Shown one piece after another: positions 51,346-64,000 of a stretch of DNA of 64,000 nt (its first letter is position 1; the number at the start of each line of letters is the position of its first letter). The position numbers and the translations under genes are program-made. Location of the stretch: NCBI GenBank assembly GCA_951406725.2, contig OX597817.1:108314001-108378000 (forward strand), read 5' to 3'. Source of the stretch: Octopus vulgaris (lineage: Eukaryota). The notes beneath the pieces were generated by a model. That model saw only the letters and a program-made list of their open reading frames with translations, ran no database searches and had not been told where the DNA came from.

Positions 51346-54106
51346 AATTGTCATGTCTGTATATTGATACACCTCAGCTATAAAATTTGGCTTCTACTTG
51401 TTTAAAAATCGATAAAGTGACATTGATATTCTACCATGGTTTAATATGATTGCACATGACTTCCTACAAAATTTAGGCTTGTACATATATGCAGAAGAAC
51501 TCAATATTTAAAATTGTATTTGAAACAATTATTCTACTTTATTTGAAAGTGAATGTTGACAACAAAAAGAAAAATATACGATATTGGATAATATATATTA
51601 GATCGTCGTTGTATCTATTTTTAAAACTTTCAAAATTTCCTCTGAATTTATTTCTCAGAAAACTACGATTCTAGTAAATTGTTCTCTTGAACCGTTGCCT
51701 CTCAAATGTCTAATGGTTTTTATATCATTATTATCGATTGGTCATTTCTAAGAAACAATAATATCAGTATTTCATTGATCTTCCACGATTTCCCACTATT
51801 TCTATATATTATATTTTCCGATTTTTAAAAAAATCGGTCTCACTATAAAAACAGTTGTTGATGGCTGAAGACGATGGGATTTCTTTGTAAAGAATTCTTT
51901 TTCTCCAGTTTTGCTTTCAATTTGCTATTTGCATATTATTTGGTTATTGGTTATATTGAACTACAGTTAATTGCTAGCTTTCTTCTCTTTATTTACTTCA
52001 GTACTCATTAATTGACCATAAGAAGGCTTCTTTTTAATTTTTCTGCGTTACAAAATTAGCATTTTTGCTATCTTTTAAATAGACCTTTTCCTTTATTCTA
52101 TTTATTTATTGTTTTAATAAAGCAGAGCGAGAAGATAAGTGAGATTTCCGGATGTTGTTCTTCACCAAAGAAATAAAGAGAGAGAGAGAGAGGGAGAGAG
52201 AGAGGTGGAATAAAGAAAGACAAACTTTGTTAGTTGTTCATCTGCCACCAGTATGCTATACCAACTATGCATTAATCAAAGTATTACCAATAAATTGACG
52301 TTTTAAATACTTTCTTGTCAAATACTTGACAAATTCTTCCTTTACAATGTTCAAAGGGAAACGCTCAATAATAAGGGAAGCGCTTAATTATAATGAAAGC
52401 TCACATTTATTTCTGAGAATAGTCAAGTGCATTTAGTGGCATCCACTCTGTTGCAAGCATTTGCAACAGAGGTCCCGAGTTTGAGGAATATTTTTACTTT
52501 CCTCTCACTAGCCTTTTAAGAACTGGAAGGGGTCATAGAAGCTGCTCTTCCCTTCTTTTGGCAAATACGTTAAAAATAATTGACACATCGGTGTAACAGG
52601 TACATAATTAGTCGACCTTTCGTGATAAGAAGAAATTAACAGAAGGAATTTATGCTTCTTGCTTTGTTCATGTCATTATAAAAAAATTCAAGTTACATAG
52701 CTACAACCAAATAAAGAAGAGTTTTGCAATGTACTATATTTTGTCATTTGGCCCTTTCCCGATCTTATTTAAGAATGGCTAGAATCATCGAATGGACTCT
52801 GAGTGCAGGAGGCTCTGTGGAACCTGTCTACCTCCACAATGTTTTACATGTTGTTGTAATTGGTGCTGCTTAATTACGGGTCAGTCCTTCCTTATTGAGC
52901 AGATCATAGATGAATGGGATACCAGCTAGGATCATTCTATATCTTTAGAAAAATACACAGCTACATTATCTATGTCATCTATTTGTTTAAGACTAGTTTG
53001 GTACTGTGGTACATTGCCATTGCTTTCCTCTAATTTTTATAGCCTGTCATAATTCAGTGAATACATAAAAAAATTATATAGTAGTAGTATAGACAGAAAC
53101 AGAAAAAAGTGCAATAGTCGCTGTAGATGAGACAGAAATTGGCAAAAATATTTAACTGCTCCCCCAAATATTCTTAGCAATCAAAAGTATATTATCAACT
53201 TCTTAAACATTTAAGTAGAATTCATGTAGAAAACCAAATCATCATCTTAGGATATTCTTAGATAATCAGTAAGATCCTCAAATAATTTTAGTTGTGACTT
53301 ATTCTGAAATCATTTTCAATTAAGCTGATCTATGCACAAAGACATTCCAGCAATGACTGGTCAATATTTTTAGAAGCTTTTATTTTACCTTTACATTAGT
53401 AAATGTGTCTTTTTCATATTCAAGACAGTAGTTTGTAGCTTGAGGAAATTTGGATCTCATTTCTGACAGTTCACTCCACGACCACGTTGGCTCGAATGAT
53501 TTCCATGATTTTCAGTTATGCTGAAATTATGTAATATCAGTTTTCTATTATTTCTTTTAAAGTGAAATAAATATTTTGATGCAGCAAAGTTAATGATTTT
53601 GTAATAAATACAACTTGAAGACGGTGGATGGAAGAATGTATAGAAATTAGAACTGTTAAAATATCAACTGTTAAAATAGCAACAAAAATTCTCTTCAAAT
53701 CACACGTTATCGTCTTAAGTAAAGTAAAATATACTAGACAATGTAGTCCATGTTTTACTAAAAAAATGTGATGATCGTGGCTGGAACGTCACTGACAATA
53801 GATCTGTTGGATCATAGCCGATCTGGAATAAACAACAATAACGACAATAGCAACGACAGTAATCGCAACAATACCAGCAGCTACAACAACAAAAACACCA
53901 ACGATATAAGGATAGATGTGCTGGTGTCTAACCGAGTATGCCCTTTCTTGAAATATATTTGGTGTTGAGCCAAAGCTTTAAATCAATGATATGAATGCAA
54001 CTGGGTATGCTTTTAAGTAACTTATTTACAAAATTTTTTCAAGAACAGCATTCCATGAAAATTATATTTTATATTTCTTGTACATTTCTTGTAAATTATA
54101 TTTGTA

Positions 54107-54745
54107 CTAGAACGTTACCCGTCGTATAACGAGTAATCATTGAAATGCATATTTGCTGCTGTGAGTAATGTTAGGTAATTTTGCTTTGGTACAATAATTG
54201 TAATTTTACAATTTTCGTATTTCATGACACAATTACAAATGATTACTAATTTTCTTTCATTAAAATATGCTAAAGCAAATTCCACATTTATAAATTTGCA
54301 ATGAATATGTTATGAATATTAATACTGTTTAATTATAAATTGACAGCACATGTAACATATAAGTTAGCGGGATTAAGGAACCAACAATGAATATTATTGA
54401 GTGTTATCTGTCATATAGTGTTTAGATCACAGTAGTATACTTTTGCCACTATGAGTAATATTAAGTAACTTTCATATTTCCTCCTTTGTTTCTACATGAC
54501 TATAGCTTACTAAAATTGCTTAGGATGCGGAAGTTTCACTGTTATAGTTTGTTGATACAACCAGTTTATATGAAGTTGTCATGTTATAACTTTACAATAT
54601 GTGATCGTTCGATTTTGAATTTGTTTTGAAAAATTTTGATCCGAAACCGTGCGTTGAAATCAATACTGTTATATTTGGGAAGATTCCTAATCAATAAGGT
54701 TTTTAAATACACCCGTCGGTTGTTGTCTGTCTATATTTATATAAA
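54107..54745 (-). mobile_element. Non-autonomous Helitron-like element
   Basis: Minus-strand 3' end has the hairpin actcgttatacgacgggt followed by CTAG|T at 54107. Confidence 0.5.
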
Positions 54746-54805
54746 CAAAAGCATCATTAGCTCACTTGCTTACTACTATGGAGATATAACAACTATAAAA
54801 ATGTT

Positions 54806-54838
<33 letters not shown>

Positions 54839-55249
54839 AAACAACTAAAAACCCAAGCATTTGAAAGATAAAATGTACACTCGTTGAAAAGGATATGGAT
54901 CGGTGTTGTTGAGAATATTTTGGGGGACATAAACAAACATCGGCAGCTTCGAAAAAAGAAAAAGAATTAAAAAATAAACAAGCAACAATCAATAAACTTT
55001 ACAACAAACCAATAAAAATCACCATGATTATAACCATACAAAAGTTATTATTTTCTTGAACTTGTTATTTGCATATTGCATTCATATTTTAGAAGTGTAT
55101 TGTATACATATTTTCGCTGGCAATTTCAAAGAGAATATTTACATTATAAAGATTTTATGTACAGGTTTAACTTCGGGAGACCATTTTCAAAAACTTAGTT
55201 AACTATACAAAAAAATCAGTGCTTGCATCATAAAAGCAATATTTTACGT

Positions 55250-56160
55250 CAGAAGATCATTTATGACTACATTTTCTGCGAATGCACGACCGTTTTATAA
55301 AAGATGGTCTTGTTTCATTTGAAGTGAAATCTGTAATTTCAGGTGCTATTGATTTCTCTTTGTCCTACTTAGAGCTAACATAGCTGTCCGTGGTTAAACA
55401 CAAGCTTTGGTAGACACGCTCTATTATAAAATTTTCAAATTTTTTTGAGTAATTTAATGCAAACAACCCTGATTTGTATCTGTTATATATATCATTGTCA
55501 TTAACTTCTCTGAAATCTGTTAAATAAAGTTGTGCAAACAGTCACTGTTCACCACCATTTGGGTGCATGTTAGAAGCATAGTGATAAATTTAGCCATATG
55601 TTCTAAAAATGCTGGGTCACCAATCTGTGCAATTATCTATTCCAATTAAAATGATAGATTATACATTCAAAGAGACACGCTGGTAAAAAGTTCAATGAGC
55701 ATCGAAATTAGTACGCATATCTTATTTCTCTTCAAAAATGTTGCTGGTGCTCACTTTATTAAACTGTACTTTCTTTCCAATTTTCTTTGGCGCGAGCAAT
55801 CCTGTGTCAACTACTCTCCTGTTTTTCCCCTCCTATTCTGTAATTTCGGAACATCTGAACGCTGATGTCTGTAGAGCTTATTCTCGTTCTCTCGTTCTGT
55901 TTGCAGTTGTTGCAGACGTTTGGCAAAATTGCATCAAACAAATCTGGCTTACACAAGTATGCTGTTTCCGCCTCCCATAAAGATCGAATTGTAGCTTTGT
56001 TGTCTTGATGCGCCCCTGTCACACGGGTCTGTTGAAAAGGTTTCATCACTTCATGTCTTAGAACATGTGCTCTAGCTATGACAATGCAACCTTCGTTCTC
56101 TGCGTTGAAAAAGTGCTCAAAAAGTCGATCTCGGTTGTCGGTTACGAAACCTTTCCTTAG
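55250..56160 (-). pseudogene. Helitron RepHel remnant (PIF1-like helicase C-terminal motif)
   Basis: QIQIRVV..PKLVFNHGQL(Y)-ALSR at ~55365-55490 (cf. PVFSHGQLYVALSR). The upstream SLWEAETAYLC only weakly resembles the RepHel N-terminus. Confidence 0.5.
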
Positions 56161-56189
56161 CGCCTCTTTTAAATTTTTAACTTTTCACT

Positions 56190-58700
56190 ATTTTATTTTT
56201 CTCTATTTTTATTTTTCATTATTTTTATTTTTCGATCTCATTAAACCTTATCAATTCTAATCTAATAACCCTTTTCTGGGCAAACTACCATCTATTGTTG
56301 GCGATTACACCCGTCAACCCTTGCTTGGCTAATTCGCTAACCCAGTTTCTGTAGGCTTAGTATGCCAGGAGCAACACGTCCAGCTTCCAACTCGTTGTGT
56401 TGGTGGCCCTCCTTCCCAGTTGAACCCAGGCCTCGTGCGTTTACTGCCCTTAGTAAGGCTATGTTTGACAGAAAGAGAGAGAACACTTTTGTCTGTTCTA
56501 ATTCTTATTGAGAGACAGGTGCTTCGTCTTTCCAACTGTTGTAGATGTTTCCACAAGCAGATTTTTATATGGGTTTTATACTTCTCTTGTAGTCCCCTAC
56601 ACATTCGAAGCATTTATGTTTCAAAGTGTCATATGGATGATTTTTATACGTGCTGGAATGCTATTAGTTAATGTAATGTAACTGCTATGTGTAGCATTTG
56701 TATATTGGTGTATGTAGCTTACTTGGTCTTTATTGCATATGTTTATAGGTGTGTTGGTAATGATTTCCTTGTTTGTTCTTGTTGGTGACTATGATCTGAC
56801 TGTTGTTGTGCATGTGAATTAGGTTGTCCTTGTGCTTATAAAGGAGGCATGTATGGTAGTGGTGGTTGTGGTAGTGATAGTGAAAGTGATGGTGTTAATA
56901 GTAGTGGTATAGTTGCTGTTAGGGATTGTGTTGGTACATTGCTGCCTCAAAACATCTTCTCCGTTTGTGTCTGCCAGTATTTTTGTTAGTGTTTTAGCTT
57001 CCTTCTCTTTTTTTTCGCATTGGTAACATTTTCCCATTCAGGCTCCTCATCCTCACCTTCGCCACTCGACATGTCCGAGTGATTCTAAGCGGCGAGGGCA
57101 TATCTTGAGGGGCGTTATATTTTTGATTTGCTGCTATCATTTTCATTCTTGGTATTGTTGTTGCTGTTGCAGTAGGTGCTGTTTCCAGTCTTGTAGCTGC
57201 TGCTTCGATCGGTATTGCTGCGCTGTATGCTATTTTCGTAGTTGTTGTGGTTGTTTATGTAGTGATTGCTATTATATTTTGTTATCCTGAAGTTGTTGTG
57301 CTGGCGGTAGTGAAAGTTTTAATTTTCTGTTGTTGTTTGGGGTAGAAAAGCCTTGAAGTCATTAGTGTTCCTACAGATGTAGGATTGAGACCTGCTGCCT
57401 TCCACTACATCCTGCAGCAACCCTCATGGGATCTCTGTTGGGTCTGAAAGACACCTGAAAGTGTCTCAGGTTTAACCTGGCCCAAAATCTCCATCTCTGA
57501 ATCAAAACATTTCATCTGAAACAAAAATATTCAACCTGATTTTGTTTACGGAACCTTTTTATTTGTAGCAGCCTTCCAAAACTACCGCACATTATGCCAC
57601 CCACCTGAAATCTGGCTCTGGTGGTGTGTTTGAGATTTCTACTTAGATCACATTCCATTCAAGGTAAATCAGTATCAGTGTGAAATCAACAGTTCTATCT
57701 GAGATTGTGGAATACTTCTGGTTTTGGATTTCGAAAAAATAACACAGATATGTCCGAATATATGGGCATGTCTCACAAAAAAGATATTTCTTACCATATG
57801 TTCCTTAAACGGAGTACCGCTTAATCTGATCTAATTTCTGTCTTTTTGTCAAAAAGAATTTATACAGAATTGTTTTCCCTTCTCTTTAGTTTAAAAAACT
57901 TTGTGCATATGAGTGTAATCTTTTGTCTGTTCTAATCTGTCGATGTGTTTCTCCGCCTCTTTTAAATGTTCATGTTTTTTGTTTAGTTGGGTGAAATTGA
58001 ACACGTTCGTGATCTTGGCAAAGTAAGTACTTTTTGTTGTGTTTTCACTGTGGCTGCGACTGGTATTGTTAGTATCATCCCTGCACTACCAATATTGTTT
58101 CTTATTGGTGTGGTGGTGGTGATGGTAATGCACAATTTACTACTGCTGTTGATATTGTTGTTGTTGCTGTTGTTGTTAAGCAACAAGACGGGTAAGGGTG
58201 GTTAGGTGATGGTCTAGGGCTTAGGGGCGGGAGACCCCAGACCTTGGAAAAGGAAAAAAGAAAACTTTGGTCGTCTTGTTGTAGTCGAGGGCTCTTCGTT
58301 GACACCCGACACCACTGGCTGGTGGCCCTCGACGTCGCTGGAAATGGAGATCTCCAGGTCCAAATTCTTGAACGGCTGCTGTTGATGTTGCGAGCTTCTT
58401 CGCTGTTGTTGGTGTTATAGTTATCACTGTTGTTGTTGTTGCAACAGATGCTACTGCTACTGTTTTTAATTACTACAACGTCTGTGACTTTTAACTACTA
58501 CAATGTCAGGACTTGACTGCGAAAGGCGTTTTCATCTTGAAAAATTTTCGCAACTTGTTCTTTTGCTGACTGGTCGACAGCTAAAACCTTTTCCTTGTCT
58601 CGAAACAAGTTCTTTTTGAAATTTTGCCTCGTAGAACGAGTAGTAAAAAACCATTGATCAGTACCTTATCGTTTCTGGTCAGCCAAAAACACTTCTTAAA
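56190..58700 (-). mobile_element. Decayed element with Tx1-type ORF1 remnant and no visible ORF2
   Basis: VEISNTPPEPDFRWVA and VVEGSRSQSYICRNTNDFKAF (~57340-57410) align with the ORF1 at 63720-64000. It also has (CAA)-rich low-complexity linkers. Confidence 0.45.
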
Positions 58701-58771
58701 AAGAAAAGAAAAGAAAACAAAACACAAACTTGCAGAGATTCCAAAACTCATTTAGCTTCAGCAACAATGAA

Positions 58772-58811
<40 letters not shown>

Positions 58812-59305
58812 GTTTTTAATGTTGGCACAGTTTTGAAGGGAGGAGATAAGTCGATTTGAACTTAGAATGTAAAAGGGTGTAACTATATACAGCAAAGTTG
58901 TTTAACCGATGGTCTATCGATTTTCGCAAGCCATCAATTGTATCGTACTGCTACAAATGTACCAGTTGCATTCGCTTTCCTGCACCACAATTCTTATATT
59001 TTTACTTTATGCACCTATGATTAGGTTCACTGCTGAAATTACTCTATCGTTTTCGAGGATCATTTAAATGCATAAGAATTCCATTCAGTTATATACTTTT
59101 GGTTACTTGAAAACTTGAATTGCACCCCAAAAGTGATCCTGAAACTGGATTCAGTGTAGTGAAATATATTTTACTGTAATATTCGTGTTGCACTCCCCAA
59201 GTAATGTAGTTTGAGTTTCAGGCCGCATTAACTCGGTCTGCTTTTTCAAATCGTCGTCCTTATTGAATATTACGCAAGAAGTTGCACTGTGTCTTCGTTG
59301 GTTAA

Positions 59306-59836
59306 CCCCTTGACACCGGTATTACTCGAAGCATGCGAGACACTGCTCCGGTTTTTTTATCTAATGAGGCCACACAAACACACAAGTGCCAACGAGCTCG
59401 CGTCTATTTACGCTTACCGTTACAATAACATAGCGTCGTACATTTTCGTCTACCGGTTTATGAAAACGAACTATGTGAAGCTATTTATCATAATATGATA
59501 CGCACGAGTTATTCTGCTCAAGTTCAAAAAATAGCTTGCGCGTGGTACAACTCAAAACATGGTATTATGCATGTAAAGTATCCGCATGTCATTGGCCTAC
59601 TGCTAGTCTACTGCTAGTCTCATGACTTGAACGTAACCTAAAATACCTAAGATAATGCACGGGACGGCGATGCGCGCACCTCAAGAGATAAAGTACACGA
59701 TAGCGAATGTAAACAGACGTCAGCCGCTAAAAAGCCCGCGATAGAGTTAGGGCAGCTCTACATCGTATATTTACGTTAACAGCGGGTAGTCAAGTAAAAT
59801 TGTGATCGCATATTTGCGTCAAACGCTGTCAAGGAG
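59306..59836. mobile_element. TTAA-flanked MITE (piggyBac-like), CpG-rich
   Basis: TTAA|ccccttgaca ... tgtcaaggag|TTAA. Confidence 0.75.
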
Positions 59837-60147
59837 TTAATAAAGAATAGGCTACGTCACACTTCACCGCCTGGAATGCTTGCAATTGCTCTGATGGAGT
59901 CTTGGAAAAGTTCCTGTATCTTCTGGGATGCAGTAATAATAATTTTTTCTGATGTTCGATAAGGGATTGCGGGGTAGATTCACCTTCGCTTGTTATACAT
60001 CTCCACTAGGTTGACATTTTCTCTGTTAAGTAATTTAGTTAAGGTATTTCATACGACCGAAGGAAGGCAGGAAACACTTTTACAGTTCTTCTATTCGAAC
60101 TCACTATTCATTTCTTTGATTAGTGACAGGCTTAAGCTTGTGTTTGT

Positions 60148-60152
<5 letters not shown>

Positions 60153-60238
<86 letters not shown>

Positions 60239-60243
60239 TGTGT
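60153..60243. repeat. (TG)n microsatellite
   Basis: Seen directly. Other long SSRs at 633-680, 15500-15542, 18438-18565, 31074-31123, 37907-37990, 45393-45542, 48642-48800 and 62836-62912. Confidence 0.95.
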
Positions 60244-61332
60244 GCCCCCGCGCTCAATAAATGATGATTCTGTTATTTTATCATTTACATTGTTCAACAT
60301 GATTATTTTCTATCAGAAATTCTTTTATTAAACTAAAAAGCATTCTGTTGAAGGATTGAATATATTTCTTCTCTATTTTACTGTTTTCTTTCCTTAAAAT
60401 ACGCTTATTTTCGTTCAAATCATTTTTTGTGAGGCGTATCTAAACGCTGTAGCTATTTTGTTTGTTTACGAGTTATAGAAAAGAAAAAAAAAAGTTTTTC
60501 TTTGCAAATTAGTCTTTTCCCCCAAAAGGGAAAAAAATTGATGCAAACTGTTAAAATCGCTGCCTCTCTATTTAGAAGATTTGCATTAAGAACGTTTTTC
60601 TATGTAGTTTCACTTGCTAGAAATCCACGACATGGGAAAACTAGACGAAACATGCCCGACTATCTCAAACATAAGAACCGAAACAACAACAACAACAACG
60701 ACAACAATTATAAAAAATAAAAATAGGAAAACGAATGCATAAGAAGATTCCAGGAAATATTAAAATCCCAACTTAGCAGTAGAAATGTTATTACAGCTAT
60801 CAATTCATGCGCTGTCTCGATCATTCGATACAGAGAAAGTATAATCAAATGGCACACCAAAAACTATAGGATATTTACAGGAAAACTAGGAAGTTGTTGT
60901 CGATATATAATATTTCACAAGATGCTGTTATTGACAGACTGTATATAAAACGCTGCGATGGTTTGACTGGCGTTGGAGATTGTGGTGTAGCAGAGGAACG
61001 TTGTATGTTTCAGAAAGTAAAGAAAAACGCTATGAGCTGTGAAAAGAGAAGGAACAATAAACGACAGAGAATAGAAAGAATATATATGGTTCCCTCTAGC
61101 TATGGCTGTTAATACAAGGAAAACACGTACGCCCCCAGAAGGTGAGGCGGGATTAGAAATTTGAATTTGAAATTAAGAAATATTTGGAAAATGTATAGAA
61201 TTCACTTATTATAAACTTTCGAGTGAATGCGAAATAATTCTTTTTGGAGCAGTTGATCTCGAAGCGCATAAAACTATGTATAATAGCATGTAAATATTGA
61301 ACTAAAAACACTTTTGTATAGAAACATACGAA

Positions 61333-61404
61333 GGCTACCTGTGGGACTCGAACCTATGTCCCCAGTAAACATGACAAATGCTCTACCACAGGACTAAAGC
61401 AACC
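61333..61404 (-). pseudogene. Isolated tRNA-like sequence (degenerate)
   Basis: ggttgct..tagtcctgtggtagagc..ggttcgagtccc..ggtagcc. A box, B box and acceptor stem are present, but the anticodon arm is unpaired. Confidence 0.55.
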
Positions 61405-62010
61405 CTTCAAACTTGTATATCCATTTTAAAATTTGTCTATCCATTCTTACCAGCAAGAATTGTATGTTGTCTACATCGCAAGGGTTTAGAAACTTTTGAG
61501 AGAACGGGAAATAATTGTTTGGGAATAGTAGATACCGAAGTACACAAAAATATAAATAATGACATGGCTACAGGAAATTTGGTAGCTTTTGACTTTGTCT
61601 ACACAAAAGGGCTTTTCAACCCAATATTTACATGTTATGATTTATAGCTTTATGTGCTTCAGGATCCACTATTCCAAAAAATAATTATCTTTTTTGTTTT
61701 TGTTTACCTATTACGAAGTTCATTTACTTTCTGGTGGGTAGTAATTATGTAAAGAAAAAGATATGAAAAGTCGAAAAGGCAAACTGAATGGCAAAAATGC
61801 TTTGAATATTCTTCAAGAACACTGCTTTTAGAGGTATACGGACTTGGGGTTGGTTAAGGAAACGGGGGTGGGGGTTAAAGAATATTACAAACGGCACAGT
61901 AATGTCAGCTCAGGAACAGACCATAATGGATACCAACAGTTAGAAGACATAAAGATCAGGAGTATATGTTATTATTATATCGATTACGACTACATATAGG
62001 CATGGATGAA

Positions 62011-62330
62011 GACCCATGGCTCAGTGGTTAGAGCGTCGGGCTTACAATCATGAGGTCGTGAGTTCGATTCCTAGACCGGGCTGTGTGTTGTGTTCTTGAG
62101 CAAGATACTCTATTTCACGTTGCTCCAGTTCACTCAGCTGTAGAAATGAGTTGCGACGTCACTGGTGCCAAGCTGTATCGGCGTTTGCCTTTCTCTTGGA
62201 TAACATCAGTGTCGTGGAGAGGGGAGGCTGGTATGCATGAGTGACTGCTGGTCTTCCATAAACAATCTTGCCCGGACTTGTGCAATTCCATGGTCATTTA
62301 TGAACGAAGGGCTCTTCACCCTTTTACGAG
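62011..62330 (+). mobile_element. tRNA-derived CORE-like SINE
   Basis: tggctcagtggttagagcg..gagttcgattcc head, then gtgttcttgagcaag..cactcagctgtagaaatgag. Confidence 0.85.
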
Positions 62331-62881
62331 GCGAAAGAGAAGAGACGATCGAAGTCTAACAGCCATGCACAGTACAAAGGCTTGAGACATGATATAACTG
62401 CATTAGTTTAAGACTGGTAATTGTATTAGGCATGCAGTACAAGACATTCAGTTAACTATTGTGATCATAGAAGTTGTCGAAAATGATCAGGTAAAAAAAT
62501 TATGGTATATGGAAATTCAGATAGAGTAAAGATTGCAACATTGCAGAATAGATATCGTTGTACTAGAGAAAAAAACATTAGGACTTGTAAGATTTTTGTA
62601 GAATTTGTCAATACAACATGAGCGTGAAACAAAAAAGGAAACAGGAAGGTGGTCAAATATGAGGACTGTAGAGAGAAAGGTAATAGGATAACTATGGAGA
62701 AAGTCTGAAAATATCACCAAACAGCTTAAGCATGTATCTTCAGTACACTTTCAGTTTTAAGATATGCCGAATGTCTGAAGATACGGGTAGCGGCTTGGTC
62801 TTCAGCGATTACATACATGCATGCATACACACACACATACATACATACATACATACATACATACATACATACATACATACA

Positions 62882-62913
<32 letters not shown>

Positions 62914-63019
62914 CACACACATACATACTACTACTTGCTGCAGTGGTAGTGATAGTGGTAGTAGTTATAATGATTACATCAACAACAGCAATAGCAACAA
63001 CAACGATGATAATAGTAAA

Positions 63020-64000
63020 GATTCTTTATTGACCACAATGGCCACACAATCCGCTTGAGACAATGCAAAGACAAATGATAAAACTCTTCAACTCTGCATT
63101 TGGCAGAGTTGCAGACCTGCTAAATTCATTTCCCTCGTTTGAGCCTACACTACCACGCTTCTTTTCGCAGAACTAGAAATTCTCATGTTCTGCTCTACGT
63201 CTCAGTAGACCCGGATCCCTGTCTATGAAATTTACCTACCTGCACCTCCAACGGCATCCGTGTAAAGGACAATACAAAATTGTGGACAACTAAAAGTATT
63301 CCTATCTTTGCCTTTAACGAATATCCTATTTATTATAAGATTTGCGTGAGCTGTCGCTATTACTCCAGGTCCACTGTGGAACGTTCGGTTCATCCAGTCT
63401 GTAACGGTCTACTAGATTATAGCTCTCTAGTAAATCCTTGAGGCCAGGATTTTCCCACCTATCTGTCGAGCCAACACTATCCGCCCGTGCATCAAGGATA
63501 GTTTTAAAGTCTCCTAACAGAACTACCGTTTTTGAAGTCACTAGAAAGTGATGTAGGTCTCAATAAAAACCGAACTGCCTACACACCTTAGGAGCATAGA
63601 CAGCTACCAACCTGAAGGACTGTTTACTCCCGTGGGTTACATCTAGGATGACCAGCCTACCTTTCTTTTCTTGCACTTGTGGTGTTGTAGCCTTGGCGGC
63701 AGTGGGGCTTTATTTTTCCTTGTTTCAGGGCAGGAAGCCTTTAAGTGAGTTACAGATCCACATATATGGCATCTTGCCATTCTACCCTCCACTAACGCTG
63801 ACAGGTGGGTACCATCAAGGAGATCGAATAGATCTGGTAGCTGGTCGATATGGTCCTACTTGCATTGCAAAGTCAGTTCCATACCTATACCTAACCAGTT
63901 TTACTGAAGTATTTTCTTTACCTCCAAGATTGTCACTTCATCTAAACCTAACAAGACGACCGCCACTAACCAGGTAATGGATTTTTTCTGGCAGCTCATT
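63020..64000 (-). mobile_element. Internally deleted Tx1/L1-clade LINE: ORF1 zinc knuckle, APE endonuclease piece and 3' tail
   Basis: VEGRMARCHICGSVTHLKASCPE (CCHC, ~63725-63795); FRLVAVYAP, LLGDF..ILD, LVDRYR..PQWTW. Tail tgtctttgcattgtc..ttgtggtcaataaagaatc. Confidence 0.85.

Noticed and set aside
62011-62085. Functional tRNA gene
   Set aside because: A/B boxes are present but acceptor and anticodon stems do not pair, and it continues into a SINE body.

Overview
AT-rich, repeat-saturated eukaryotic DNA. The SINE families, microsatellite load and LINE/DNA-transposon mix resemble an octopod (Octopus-like) genome; this is an inference from repeat sequence only. There is no intact long gene and no CRISPR or rRNA locus. 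Most ORF-track entries are microsatellite or repeat artefacts. Recognisable content: (i) two main tRNA-derived SINE families plus CORE-type copies; (ii) decayed non-LTR retrotransposons (several Tx1/L1-like, one RTE-like, R4/Dong-like, HERO/NeSL-like, CR1-like, Penelope-like); (iii) decayed DNA transposons (hAT-Charlie, Chapaev3-like, Tc1/mariner, TTAA-flanked MITEs, Helitron pieces); (iv) a 1.3-kb tandem duplication; (v) a tentative chain of small + strand exons in the CpG-depleted first ~17 kb. The most interesting signal is a SINE variant whose 3' tail matches the Tx1-like LINE tail. It builds headless 184-bp tandem arrays inside older copies of its own family. Also notable are a tRNA-containing tandem/inverted repeat inside a Chapaev-like transposon and a sharp CpG-decay boundary. 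All coordinates were read by eye and may be off by a few bases. Family assignments come from remembered motifs, not from database searches.
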